DNA of 64,000 nucleotides from Acidobacteriota bacterium (GTDB taxonomy: Bacteria > Acidobacteriota > UBA890 > WLXD01). Each line of letters starts with the position of its first letter. Within the stretch, counting starts at the first letter, position 1. Location of the stretch: the NCBI GenBank assembly GCA_963666215.2, contig CAXWPL010000004.1:608001-672000 (forward strand), in the 5' to 3' direction. Below are positions 44,792 to 55,342 of the stretch, one piece after another. A model generated the notes under the pieces. The model saw only the letters and a list, made by a program, of their open reading frames with translations. It had not been told where the DNA came from and did not search any database. A program made the translations under genes and the position numbers.

Positions 44792-45253
44792 ATGAAGGCA
44801 GGCATCCACCCCGAGTACTACCCCGTTGTGTTCATCGACACGTCGACCAATTACGAGATCGTCACCCGCTCCACGAAGAAAACGGGCGAGACTCGCGTGA
44901 TCGACGGCGTCGAGCATTACGTGATCCGCGTGGAGATCTCGGCGGATTCGCATCCCTTCTTCACGGGCAAGCAGCGCTTCGTCGATACCGCTGGCCGCAT
45001 TGAGCGATTCCAGCGCAAGTACGAGAAGTTCTACGCCGACCAGGATAAAGCCAAAGCGGCGGCGGAAAAGAAGTCGGCGGCGCGCACCAAGGCGGCCGCC
45101 AAGCCAAAGCCCGTGGCTGTTGCCGAGGAAACGGCCGAGACCGCCGTTGCTGCCCCCGCCGAGCTCGTCAAGGAAGCCGCTGCGGTCGATACCGATGCAG
45201 CTTCGGACGCCGACAACGCCGAGGCAGGCCCTGGCGAGGACTCCGAGGAATAG
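44792..45253 (+). CDS. rpmE2: 50S ribosomal protein L31 type B with C-terminal extension
   Basis: [35 protein letters not shown]; no Cys. Confidence 0.93.
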   Translation: MKAGIHPEYYPVVFIDTSTNYEIVTRSTKKTGETRVIDGVEHYVIRVEISADSHPFFTGKQRFVDTAGRIERFQRKYEKFYADQDKAKAAAEKKSAARTKAAAKPKPVAVAEETAETAVAAPAELVKEAAAVDTDAASDADNAEAGPGEDSEE

Positions 45254-45286
45254 CGAGGTCGCCCTCGCGGCGACCGACGCGGCCTT

Positions 45287-46380
<1,094 letters not shown>

Positions 46381-46384
<4 letters not shown>

Positions 46385-47247
46385 GGCCAGCACCTTCGAG
46401 CACCGTCGACGCTGCGCTGCGGAGGAGCGCGCAGGCTCTCGACTCGGCGGGCATCGAGGCTCCGCGCTTGCAGGCGGAGGTGCTGATGGAGTTCGTGCTC
46501 GGTCTCGACCGCGCGCACACGCTCGCCGCGCTTCGCGAGCCGATCGGCAACGACGCCCGGGCAAGGTACGAGCAGCTGACAGCCCGCCGGGCCGAACATG
46601 AGCCGCTGCAGTACATCGTTGGGCGCGCTCATTTCCTCGACTTCGAAGTCGCGGTGCGGCCCGGGGTGTTCATCCCGCGACCGGAAACCGAGCTGCTCGT
46701 TGAGGCCGCGCAGGCGGCCTGGAGCGAGCGCGAAGGCCCGGCGCTTGATGTTTGTACCGGTAGTGGCGCAATCGCGATCGCGCTCGCTCGCGGTCGTCCG
46801 CAAGGTCGCGTGATCGCCACGGATCTCTCACCGCACGCCCTGGCGGCGGCGAGAGAGAACGCCGTGCGGCTCGAGGTTGCGGATCGCATGGATCTCGTGC
46901 GGTCCGATCTCTTGTCGGCCTTTCGACTCACGACCCCGACCGCCATCGGCGTACTCGTGTGCAACCCGCCCTACGCAGCGGAGGCCGACGTCACCCAACC
47001 CGAGGTGCGCGACCACGAACCACGTTTGGCCTGGACGTCGGGTCCCACGGGATTGGAGATCTACTCCGCGCTGATCCCGCAGGCCAGCGAGTTATTGGCA
47101 GCCGGTACGACGATGCTGCTCGAGCTCGGCTACGGGCAGCAAGAAGCCGTTGCGCAGATGCTTGCCAACGCCGCGGGCTGGAGTGAGCCGCGGGTGGAGC
47201 CAGACTTTCAGGGCATCCCTCGCGTGTTGGCCACAACGCGCATCTGA
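46381..47247 (+). CDS. prmC: Release factor glutamine methyltransferase
   Basis: EPLQYI, IPRPETE, DVCTGSG, NPPY. Confidence 0.96.
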
Positions 47248-47376
47248 GCCGCGGTCGCTCCACATGAGCCACCACTTCGGCGAGCGCGAACACGAGCGAG
47301 AGCGAGAGCAAGAGCACGTCCAGCACACCCCCTCCCGCGAGCGAGAGGTTGCTGTGCTCTCAGAGCCTCGACCGGC

Positions 47377-47856
47377 TCACCGCCCGGACTCCTGTTGGCG
47401 CGGTCGCTCCGCAAGGATCCGCGTGGCGCGCTCGAGTGTTTGCAGCTCCCGAGTCGAGAGCCCGCTGAGCTCGTCGGCGATGCGCTCCACGCGACGTGCC
47501 CTACCCCGCTCCATCACAAGCCGCCCCGCTGTGGTGGCGTGAAGCATCACCTGCCTGCGATCGCCGGGTACGGGCTCGCGTCGCACCAGCTTGGCTGCCT
47601 CGAGCGACTTGACGATGCGAGTGATCGCGGGCCGCGACACCATCTCGGCTCGCGCAAGCTCGCTGAACGTTCGCGGACCCGCAAAGACGAGCACCGAAAG
47701 CAGCGACAGCCTCTCCCCGCTGAGCCCGGTCTTACGATCAACGCTTCGTACCCCGCGAAGCAAGCGGATCGCGACGGAGTGAAGCCGATTAGCTACGCGC
47801 GCGGCCGGCGTGTCGGGCAGGCCTTCGGGAAGTGGCGGCGACGTGGCTGTTGACAA
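47377..47856 (-). CDS. MarR-family transcriptional regulator
   Basis: RLHSVAIRLLR, SELARAEMVSRPAITRIV, DRR.V...T..G. Confidence 0.9.
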   Translation of the reverse strand: MSTATSPPLPEGLPDTPAARVANRLHSVAIRLLRGVRSVDRKTGLSGERLSLLSVLVFAGPRTFSELARAEMVSRPAITRIVKSLEAAKLVRREPVPGDRRQVMLHATTAGRLVMERGRARRVERIADELSGLSTRELQTLERATRILAERPRQQESGR

Positions 47857-47859
47857 GAT

Positions 47860-47901
47860 GGTTAATATGGTTAATCGTTAACAACGTTAACCAACGATAA
47901 C
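47860..47901. promoter_or_regulatory. AT-rich GTTAA-repeat operator region between divergent marR and VOC genes
   Basis: GTTAA at 47861, 47870, 47877 and 47886, GATAA at 47896. Confidence 0.5.
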
Positions 47902-47912
47902 ATACCTGGGAA

Positions 47913-48317
47913 ATGGAGACTTCGACCATGTCCGACGAATTCGGACTCGATGCCATCGGCCAGATCCACATCAGCGTCGAGAACATCGACCGCGCAGTGG
48001 CCTTCTATCGCGACGTGCTTGGCATGAAGCTGCTCTTCGAGGTTCCCGGGCAGCCGATGGCCTTCTTCGATTGTGGCGGCGTGCGGCTGTATCTCGGCCT
48101 GCCGGAAAGCGAAGAGTTCCGCTCCAGCCCGTTGATCTACTATCGCGTCGATTCGATCGAACAGGCCTGCGACACACTCCGGGCTCGGGGAGTGGACCTT
48201 GAAAGTGAGCCACATGTGGTGCACCGAACTGATGCGTACGAGCTCTGGATGGCTGGCCTCGAGGACTTCGAGGGCAATCACGTTCTTCTGATGAGCGAGG
48301 TGCCTGCGAGCTCCTAG
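47913..48317 (+). CDS. VOC (glyoxalase/bleomycin resistance) family protein
   Basis: IGQIHISV...AVAFYRDVLGM...AFFDCGGVRL...DFEGN. Confidence 0.9.
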   Translation: METSTMSDEFGLDAIGQIHISVENIDRAVAFYRDVLGMKLLFEVPGQPMAFFDCGGVRLYLGLPESEEFRSSPLIYYRVDSIEQACDTLRARGVDLESEPHVVHRTDAYELWMAGLEDFEGNHVLLMSEVPASS

Positions 48318-48419
48318 TCTTGCGCGCGGCGGCCGCGCTCCAGCGCTGCTTCCGTCTCATCGTAGTCGTAGGTTGTCAGCTCGAGGCGGTGCCCCAGAGG
48401 ATCGCAAAAGTAGATCGAG

Positions 48420-49828
48420 GGGGATGTCACAGGCTCCGTTGAAAAAGGGTGACGGTGATCCGACCTCGATAGTGTGTCGGGGTCAATCCACTGGCATGGA
48501 GGATCACCGTCATGAGCAAGAGTCGCAGAACAGAGACAAGTAGGAAAGCGGAGCGCCAAGAGAACCCGCTCCTGGAGGCAGTGGTAGCGGCGCGATCGGA
48601 TCTACGAGCGCTGGTCATGGACGCGGGCTTCGGGGTGTTGGGTTCGCTGCTGGAAGAAGACCGGGCGGAGCTCTGCGGAGAGCGCTACGCGCGGTCACAG
48701 CAGCGGCGGGCGTACCGACACGGCTACGACGAGGGCTCGCTGGTGATGGGCGGCCGGCGGGTCAAGGTACGCAAGCCGCGGGCTCGGAGCGTCGATGGCC
48801 AAGAGCTGCCGCTGCCGCACTGGGAGAGGTTCAAGGCAACAGATCCGCTCGAAGAGCGCGCCGTAGAGCAGATCCTGTGCGGCGTCACGACGCGCAAGTA
48901 CGAGCGCTCGTTAGAGCAGCTCGACGACGGGCGAGCTTCGTCGGGAACGAGTCGCTCGAGTGTGTCGCGGCGGTTCGTAGCGCGTACAGCCAAGCAGGTG
49001 CAGCAGTACCTGGCCCAACCGCTCAATGAAGTGGACCTGCCGGTGCTGGTGATCGACGGCACGCACATGGGCAAGCACTTGTTGGTGATCGCCATGGGCA
49101 TCGACGCGGACGGCGTCAAGCATGTGCTGGGTGTCGTAGAGGGCACCACGGAGAGCTCCCACGTGTGCCGGTCGCTGCTGCGGCAGTTGATCGAGCGCGG
49201 CATGCCCGTCGAACGGGCGCGGTTGGTGGTAATCGATGGCTCCAAGGGCCTCCGTAAAGCAGTGCGCGACACGTTCGGCGAGTGGGCCCTGATCCAGCGC
49301 TGCCGTGTCCACAAGATCAAGAATGTATTGGAGCATCTGCCAGGGCATATCCGGCCCTGGTTCGCGGCGAAGATCCGCAAGGCCTGGAAGGCGGAGACGG
49401 CAGCGGCAGCGACCAAGCAGCTCGACGCCGTGGCCAAAGAGCTGGAGACGGATCACCCGGGTGCCGCGGCCTCGCTCAGAGAAGGAATGCAAGAGACGCT
49501 CACCGTCACCCGGCTCGGAGTGCAGGGGCCGCTGCTTCGAACGTTGCGTTCAACGAACACGATCGAGAACCTGAACGGGACGATCAAACACGTCAGCCGC
49601 AACGTAAAGCGGTGGCGCTCCGGGAGCATGATCGTTCGATGGGCGGTTACTGCACTCATCGAGGCCGAGAGCAAGTTCCGGAGGGTTCGTGGCTACCGCG
49701 ACATCGCCAAGCTCGATGCCGCACTCAACACCGCCGTCGACGTTCCCCTTGAGCAGGAGCGCCGTACTGCGTAACAATCCCCAACCACTTCACCGTCGCC
49801 TTAGTTCAACGGACGGTGGGACATCCCC
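48420..49828 (+). mobile_element. Complete IS256-family insertion sequence (1409 bp)
   Basis: 39-bp imperfect inverted repeats GGGGATGTC..TCCGTTGAA..GACGGTGA; 8-bp target duplication AGATCGAG at 48412-48419 and 49829-49836. Confidence 0.96.
48512..49774 (+). CDS. IS256-family transposase
   Basis: YRHG, GVTTR, LVIDG, VIDGSKGL, QRCRVHK, STNTIENLN (DDE). Confidence 0.95.
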   Translation: MSKSRRTETSRKAERQENPLLEAVVAARSDLRALVMDAGFGVLGSLLEEDRAELCGERYARSQQRRAYRHGYDEGSLVMGGRRVKVRKPRARSVDGQELPLPHWERFKATDPLEERAVEQILCGVTTRKYERSLEQLDDGRASSGTSRSSVSRRFVARTAKQVQQYLAQPLNEVDLPVLVIDGTHMGKHLLVIAMGIDADGVKHVLGVVEGTTESSHVCRSLLRQLIERGMPVERARLVVIDGSKGLRKAVRDTFGEWALIQRCRVHKIKNVLEHLPGHIRPWFAAKIRKAWKAETAAAATKQLDAVAKELETDHPGAAASLREGMQETLTVTRLGVQGPLLRTLRSTNTIENLNGTIKHVSRNVKRWRSGSMIVRWAVTALIEAESKFRRVRGYRDIAKLDAALNTAVDVPLEQERRTA

Positions 49829-50380
49829 AGATCGAGTACGCCATGTCGTGATCGACCGTGAGGTCGGGTGTCACGACGCGTCCCCGATCATCGATCAGGC
49901 CCAGATCGGGGAGCCGTCTCAGAAACTCAGCGAAAGTCGCAGCGTCTACCCGAAACGCGACGCGACGAAATCCAGCGGTTTCTCTCGAGCCTTGCGGGGC
50001 GCCTCTGAACAGTGCGAGCTTGGTGCCGCCGCCATCAGTCGAGATCATCAGCGGCCCGCCGGGATCCTCGGCCCAGCGCTCGTACTCGGCGACCACGTCG
50101 AGTCCCAACACCCGTCCGTACCACGCGGCCGCGTCCTTTCGACTCGGGGCGAACAACTCCACGTGATCAATCTGGTCGACCCGGATGCCGCTCTGCGGTG
50201 CGTCTCTCATGCGCTGGAAATCATACCTGGCGAACGCCACGTCGACGACAGACGGTGCGGACCGCGACCTTGATGAGATCGGCGCGGGTTCCAGAGCCTC
50301 TGGATGCTATCGTCGGCTGAACTTTCTGGCGGCCGGTCATGGCTCGCCTCGGCTTGCGCGGGAAACCGACGGGAGACGAC

Positions 50381-50638
50381 ATGCAGATCGAACTTCGCTA
50401 CTGCGCCTCTTGAGCGCGCTCCAAAGACAAGGCGGCGAGTCTCGCCGCCACGATCAAGGATCGCCTCGACATCGACGCAGCGCTCTCGCCCACCGATAAG
50501 ACCGGTCAGTTCGACGTGATGGCCGACAACCAGCTGATCGCTTCGCGTGGGGGCAACCCGATTACCCGCATCCTGTTCGGCGCGGGCTTTCCGGATACGG
50601 CAAACGTTGTGGATGAGCTGTCCAAACGTCAGAGCTAG
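50381..50638 (+). CDS. SelW/SelT/SelH (Rdx) family selenoprotein, 85 aa, Sec at TGA 50411-50413
   Basis: RBS GGGAG; MQIELRYCAS-U-ARSKDKAASLAATIK...TGQFDV...LIASR...GFPD; not in the ORF track. Confidence 0.88.
50431..50449 (+). promoter_or_regulatory. Bacterial SECIS hairpin
   Basis: GGCGGCG-AGTCT-CGCCGCC; the loop G lies 26 nt after the UGA. Confidence 0.78.
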
Positions 50639-50687
50639 GTTGCCGGGCGCGCCCGGCTGGCGAGTCGCAGTCTAGTGGTCTAGTTCT

Positions 50688-52046
50688 CTAGTTCGTACGC
50701 CCTCGACTACGGCCGCCCGACTTTCGGGGGCCGCTGGAATTTCTCCGACCGCGCCAGTGCTGTCGGCCTCCGCCGGGTCGTCCATCACCGGGTCGCCCAC
50801 CACCGGGTCGTCTGCCTTGCCCGTTGCCGCTGCGGCGCTGCTGCGTGCGCTTGGGCTCAGGCTTCTCGTTGGGGTCGGGCTCGAACCCGTCTACATGTCG
50901 GCGCGGGATGGGCGAGCCGAGCATGCGCTCGGTGGCACGCAGCCAGCCGCCGTCGGCACCCGTGACGAAGGTGCACGCTATGCCTTCGGTCTCGGAGCGA
51001 CCGGTGCGTCCTATGCGATGGGTGTACGCGTGTGGCGTGTTCGGCACGTCGAAGTTGATGACGTGCGACACGTCGCTGACGTCGATGCCGCGAGCCGCGA
51101 TGTCGGTGGCAACCAAGATGTCGTAACGGCGCGTGCGGAACCCGTTCATGGCCTTGTCGCGTTGTGACTGCGACAAGTTGCCCTGTAGACCCACGGCTCG
51201 ATGCCCAGCCTTGCTGAGCTGCTCGGCCAGGCGTCGGGCGCGGTGCTTGGTGCGCGTGAAGACGATCGCCGAGTCGCAGTCGTCGCCCGTCAGCACGTGC
51301 TCCAGAAGGTCGCGCTTGCGACGTTCCGGAACCAGGTACAACCCGTGGTCGATGGTGGAGGCCGGTGTGGAATCCGCCAGCTCGACCACGTGCGGGTTCG
51401 ACAGCAGATTGTCGGCCAACCGACGGATCTCGCTCGGCATGGTGGCCGAGAACAACAGGTTCTGACGGTGCCTCGGCAACGCCTGGAGAATCTTGCGGAT
51501 ATCCGGCAGGAAGCCCATGTCGAACATGTGATCGGCTTCGTCGAGCACCAGTGTCTCGACCTGGTCGAGACGTAGAACGCGCTGCCGAAGCAGGTCGAGC
51601 ACGCGCCCCGGGCAGCCCACAACGATCTCGGGGCGATTCCGGAGCACGTTGACTTGTTTGCGAATCGGAACCCCGCCGTAGATGGTCACCGTCTTCAGAC
51701 GGGTGAACCTGGAGAGCGTGCCGATTTCGGCTGCGATCTGGCTAGCCAGCTCGCGTGTGGGCGCGAGCACCAGGGCACGGGGACCACTGCGTGGGTCCGC
51801 AAGGAGCCCGTCGAGGAGCGGCAGCGCGAACGCAGCCGTTTTGCCGGTGCCGGTTTGGGCGAGGCCGAGGACGTCGCGGCCGTTGAGGCCCGCGGGAATC
51901 GTTTCGAGCTGGATCGCCCGAGGGGTGTCGAAGCCAGCGGCGTGGATGCCGCGCACAAGGGCCTCATGGAGGCCGAACCGGTGGAATCCGGTCGTCTTGT
52001 CGGGTGTACTCGATGCACGCGAAGGTGCGGATGCTGAAACAGACAT
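50688..52046 (-). CDS. rhlE: DEAD-box RNA helicase (RhlE-like)
   Basis: AQTGTGKT, PTRELA, DEAD, SAT, ARGID, HRIGRTGR; RG-rich tail. Confidence 0.92.
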   Translation of the reverse strand: MSVSASAPSRASSTPDKTTGFHRFGLHEALVRGIHAAGFDTPRAIQLETIPAGLNGRDVLGLAQTGTGKTAAFALPLLDGLLADPRSGPRALVLAPTRELASQIAAEIGTLSRFTRLKTVTIYGGVPIRKQVNVLRNRPEIVVGCPGRVLDLLRQRVLRLDQVETLVLDEADHMFDMGFLPDIRKILQALPRHRQNLLFSATMPSEIRRLADNLLSNPHVVELADSTPASTIDHGLYLVPERRKRDLLEHVLTGDDCDSAIVFTRTKHRARRLAEQLSKAGHRAVGLQGNLSQSQRDKAMNGFRTRRYDILVATDIAARGIDVSDVSHVINFDVPNTPHAYTHRIGRTGRSETEGIACTFVTGADGGWLRATERMLGSPIPRRHVDGFEPDPNEKPEPKRTQQRRSGNGQGRRPGGGRPGDGRPGGGRQHWRGRRNSSGPRKSGGRSRGRTN

Positions 52047-52352
52047 GAAGAGCTAGTTCTCCGCCGTGCGCACGCGGGCTGCACCTGTGTGGCACGGACG
52101 TACTTTTCCGACCCACACAACAGCGAAGGGGGCAAGAGGGATCGTTGGCGGCGCGACCTCGAGAGTGAAGAGAGGTCCTGCTGTTCGCCGCTGCTTGGGC
52201 TGGTGCCCCAGCGCGGCAGCATGCTCGTGCCGGCTGATTGCCTGGCATCGGCTGCGGCGCTACATGCGCCATCACCTGCTTGCTGCCGTTAGGAGTATGG
52301 CACCCCGAGCACCGTGGCGCTTGCCAAATCGTCCCCGTCCGCAGGTATCTGA

Positions 52353-52400
52353 ATTTCCAGATTTCCAAATCTCGGGATCTCTAGATCTCTGGATCTCGAG
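52353..52400. repeat. Degenerate 8-bp tandem repeat x6
   Basis: ATTTCCAG ATTTCCAA ATCTCGGG ATCTCTAG ATCTCTGG ATCTCGAG. Confidence 0.75.
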
Positions 52401-52459
52401 CTCCCGGCACGGTGCGCCAACTCGCGCGTCGCGAGCGACGATGACCCCGATCGCTCTGT

Positions 52460-54202
52460 CTAGGCGGGAACCCGAATCCGCTCGACCAGCTCCCTCACTT
52501 CCGGCGGCGGTGGCGGCGTGAACGCGCTGACAGCGATGGCTACCGTGAAGTTGAGCACGGCACCCACTGCCCCGATCCCCTCGGGCGAAATGCCGAGCAG
52601 CCAGTTCTCCGCGATGTTCTCGGCGAAAGGCGCTACAAACACCCCCTTGAAATAGATGATGTAGCCGAGCGTGAACACGAGCCCCGTCAGCATGCCCGCG
52701 ATGGCGCCCTGCTTGTTGACCCGAAAGCTGAAGATGCCGAGCAGGATCGCCGGGAACAACGACGCTGCCGCGAGCCCGAACGCGAGCGCAACCACCTGAG
52801 CGACAAACGCGCGCGGCTCGTAGCCCAGATACCCGGCCAGAAGAATCGCCACCGCCGCGCTTACCCTCCCGGCCAGCAGTTCCTGCCGCTCGCTGATGTT
52901 AGGCGTGAACACGCTCTTCAGCAGATCGTGCGATACCGCCGCCGAGATCACGAGCAGCAATCCTGCCGCGGTCGACAAGGCCGCGGCAATCGCCCCCGCC
53001 GCCACGAGTGCCACGACCCAGTCGGGCAGACCGGCGATCTCGGGATTGGCCAGCACGATGATGTCGCTATCTACAACGAGCTCGTTGCCTTGCCAGCCGT
53101 ACGATTCGGCGGTCGGCGCGAAGTCGGGGTTGGCGTCGTTGTAGTACTGAACGTGGCCATCACCGTTCTTGTCTTCGAAGACGAGGAGGCCGGTTGCCTC
53201 CCACGTCCTGAACCAGTCCGGACGGTCGTTGTAGGCGAGGTTGCCCCCCGGCGATCCAACCGGCCCCGGCTGAATCGTCTCGGTCAAATTGAGCCTGGCG
53301 AGCGCGCCCACCGCCGGTGCCACCGTGTAAAGGATGGCGATGAAGAACAGTGCATAGCCGGCCGACATGCGCGCGTCGCGCACCCGCGGCACGGTAAAGA
53401 AGCGCACGATGACGTGCGGCAGGCCGGCCGTCCCGAGCATGAGAGCGAGCGTGATAAAGAACACGTCAATCCGACTCTTCGTGCCCGAGGTATAGGCCGC
53501 GAAGCCGAGGTCGGTGACGACCTGATCGAGCTTGTCGAGCAAGAAACCGCTGCCGTCGACCACCGAGCTGCCGAACGCCAGCTGCGGAATGGCCGTGTCG
53601 GTTACCTGCAACGAGATAAACACCGCCGGAACGGTGTAGGCGAAGATCATGACGCAGTACTGCGCAACCTGCGTATACGTAATGCCTTTCATGCCGCCGA
53701 GGACCGCGTAGAAGAACACGATCGCCATTCCGACCGTGAGCCCTACGGCGATGTCGACGTTCAGAAAGCGCGAGAACACAATCCCCACGCCGCGCATCTG
53801 CCCGATGATGTAGGTGAAAGAAATGACAATCAAACAAACGACGGCCACCATTCGAGCCGTCTGCGATGCGTAGCGGTCGCCAATGAACTCCGGCACCGTG
53901 AACTTGCCGAACTTGCGCAGGTACGGAGCCAGCAGCAGCGCCAGAAGAACGTAGCCACCGGTCCATCCCATCAGGTACACGGAACCGTCGTACCCGAGAA
54001 ACGCGATGAGCCCGGCCATCGACATGAACGAAGCTGCCGACATCCAGTCCGCCGCCGTCGCCATGCCGTTGGCCACCGGATGCACGTGCTTACCCGCGAC
54101 GTAGAACTCGCCCGTGCTGCGCGCCCTGGAGGCAAACGCAATGCCGATGTACAGCGCGAACGACGCGCCAACAACAAGATATGTGAGCGACTGCAGCTCC
54201 AC
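52460..54202 (-). CDS. Sodium:solute symporter (ActP-like)
   Basis: NGMATAADWMSAASF, GWTGGY, GGMKGITYTQVAQY, GTAGLPH, AAALSTAAGLLL. Confidence 0.93.
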   Translation of the reverse strand: MELQSLTYLVVGASFALYIGIAFASRARSTGEFYVAGKHVHPVANGMATAADWMSAASFMSMAGLIAFLGYDGSVYLMGWTGGYVLLALLLAPYLRKFGKFTVPEFIGDRYASQTARMVAVVCLIVISFTYIIGQMRGVGIVFSRFLNVDIAVGLTVGMAIVFFYAVLGGMKGITYTQVAQYCVMIFAYTVPAVFISLQVTDTAIPQLAFGSSVVDGSGFLLDKLDQVVTDLGFAAYTSGTKSRIDVFFITLALMLGTAGLPHVIVRFFTVPRVRDARMSAGYALFFIAILYTVAPAVGALARLNLTETIQPGPVGSPGGNLAYNDRPDWFRTWEATGLLVFEDKNGDGHVQYYNDANPDFAPTAESYGWQGNELVVDSDIIVLANPEIAGLPDWVVALVAAGAIAAALSTAAGLLLVISAAVSHDLLKSVFTPNISERQELLAGRVSAAVAILLAGYLGYEPRAFVAQVVALAFGLAAASLFPAILLGIFSFRVNKQGAIAGMLTGLVFTLGYIIYFKGVFVAPFAENIAENWLLGISPEGIGAVGAVLNFTVAIAVSAFTPPPPPEVRELVERIRVPA

Positions 54203-54204
54203 GG

Positions 54205-54453
54205 TCAGTCCTCGCCGACGCCGTGCTTCTTGTCGAGAGCTGCCATTCGCCACGCGTAGAAGAAGATCAGCGCAACGAATACGTAGATGCTTCCCTGCTG
54301 GGCGAACCAGAAGCCCAGCCGCAGGCCGCCGATCTTGATCTGGTTGAGCGTGTCGAGCAGGAGAATTCCGAAGCCGAAAGAGACCACGAACCAGATCACC
54401 AGGCAGAGGAAGACGAGCCGCAGGTTGTCTTGCCAATAGGTTCGCTTGTTCAT
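54205..54453 (-). CDS. DUF4212 small symporter accessory protein
   Basis: YWQDNL...WFVVSFG...LGFWFAQQGSI. Confidence 0.9.
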   Translation of the reverse strand: MNKRTYWQDNLRLVFLCLVIWFVVSFGFGILLLDTLNQIKIGGLRLGFWFAQQGSIYVFVALIFFYAWRMAALDKKHGVGED

Positions 54454-54624
54454 GCCTGTCCCTGGTCTCTTGCGCCTGGGTAGGAGGGAACCTCGCTCAA
54501 GGCGAAGGGCAGGAGCCTACCAGAGGGTCGCCAGAACCGCCCTTCGCACTGGCAGGCCCTGTTGGCCAGCAACGGAAACCCTCGTGGCACTTCTCACGCT
54601 CGAGCGCCGATGGCGGCGCGAGCA

Positions 54625-55264
54625 TCACCTGGCAGTCAACGCTGCCATAACGGCCGACACTCCTGGCGCCATGACCCAAGCCTCGAAGTAGTACTGAAGC
54701 ACCGGATCGGTGCCGGGCGAACTCGTCCATCCAGGGGGTCCAATCGATCGACGTCACGATGGCCTCTTCTGTGAGTCCGGCCTCGACTCCGCGGGACACC
54801 TCTTCGTAGATGAAGTCGGCAAGGCCGATCACGACCTCGAGGTAGCGCTTGCCCTGAACAGCGTCCCCGTGTCCGGGCACGAGCGTCTCGAAATCGAGGG
54901 AGCGGATCCTCAGCAGGGTCCGCAGCCAACCCTTGGGGTCGCTGGCGAACGCGTACGGTATCGGGCCCACCACCACCTCACCGGCAACGACAACGCCATC
55001 GTCAGGAAGGTGGACCACGGTTGCCGAGCCCGACTTGCCCGGACCGAGGTCGAGCAGTTCGATTCTGCGGACAACATCGCGCTCGTTGAAGATCATCGTG
55101 ACGTTTCCTGCGACCGGTTCTCGTACCGCGTTCGGTCGTTGGGCGACGACGATGTCGGGCCTGATCACGGTGAATTCGAGATCGTAGGGACCCGTCGAGC
55201 CCAGGCCCTGCGCGACAGCGGCGAGGGCGAGCGGGATCAACATGAGATGTTTGGCGCTCGGCAT
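54625..55264 (-). pseudogene. MBL-fold metallo-hydrolase pseudogene
   Basis: Signal, GNVTMIFNERDV joined directly to RRIELLDLGPG...VPGHG; no HxHxDH; a frameshift near 54715 hides the C-terminus GTDPVLQYYFEAWVMAPGV. Confidence 0.75.
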
Positions 55265-55342
55265 GAGGATACGTCCGCTGACTCCGCTGACTCCGTTGAA
55301 CCCGCTGGCCCCGTTAGCTCTCAGTATTACTCCTGGGATCCC

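Larger units (their letters stand above)
48314..50210 (-). pseudogene. VOC-family gene interrupted by IS256
   Basis: 5' part 50210-49829 (IDHVEL...WYGRVLGL...DHDMAYSI) and 3' part 48411-48314 (YFCDPLGHRLELTTY) join in frame once the IS and one TSD copy are removed. Confidence 0.93.

Noticed and set aside
54710-55342. 211-aa N-terminal extension of RapA in the ORF track
   Set aside because: It is the antisense of the MBL pseudogene; RapA similarity starts at the Met cluster at 55343.
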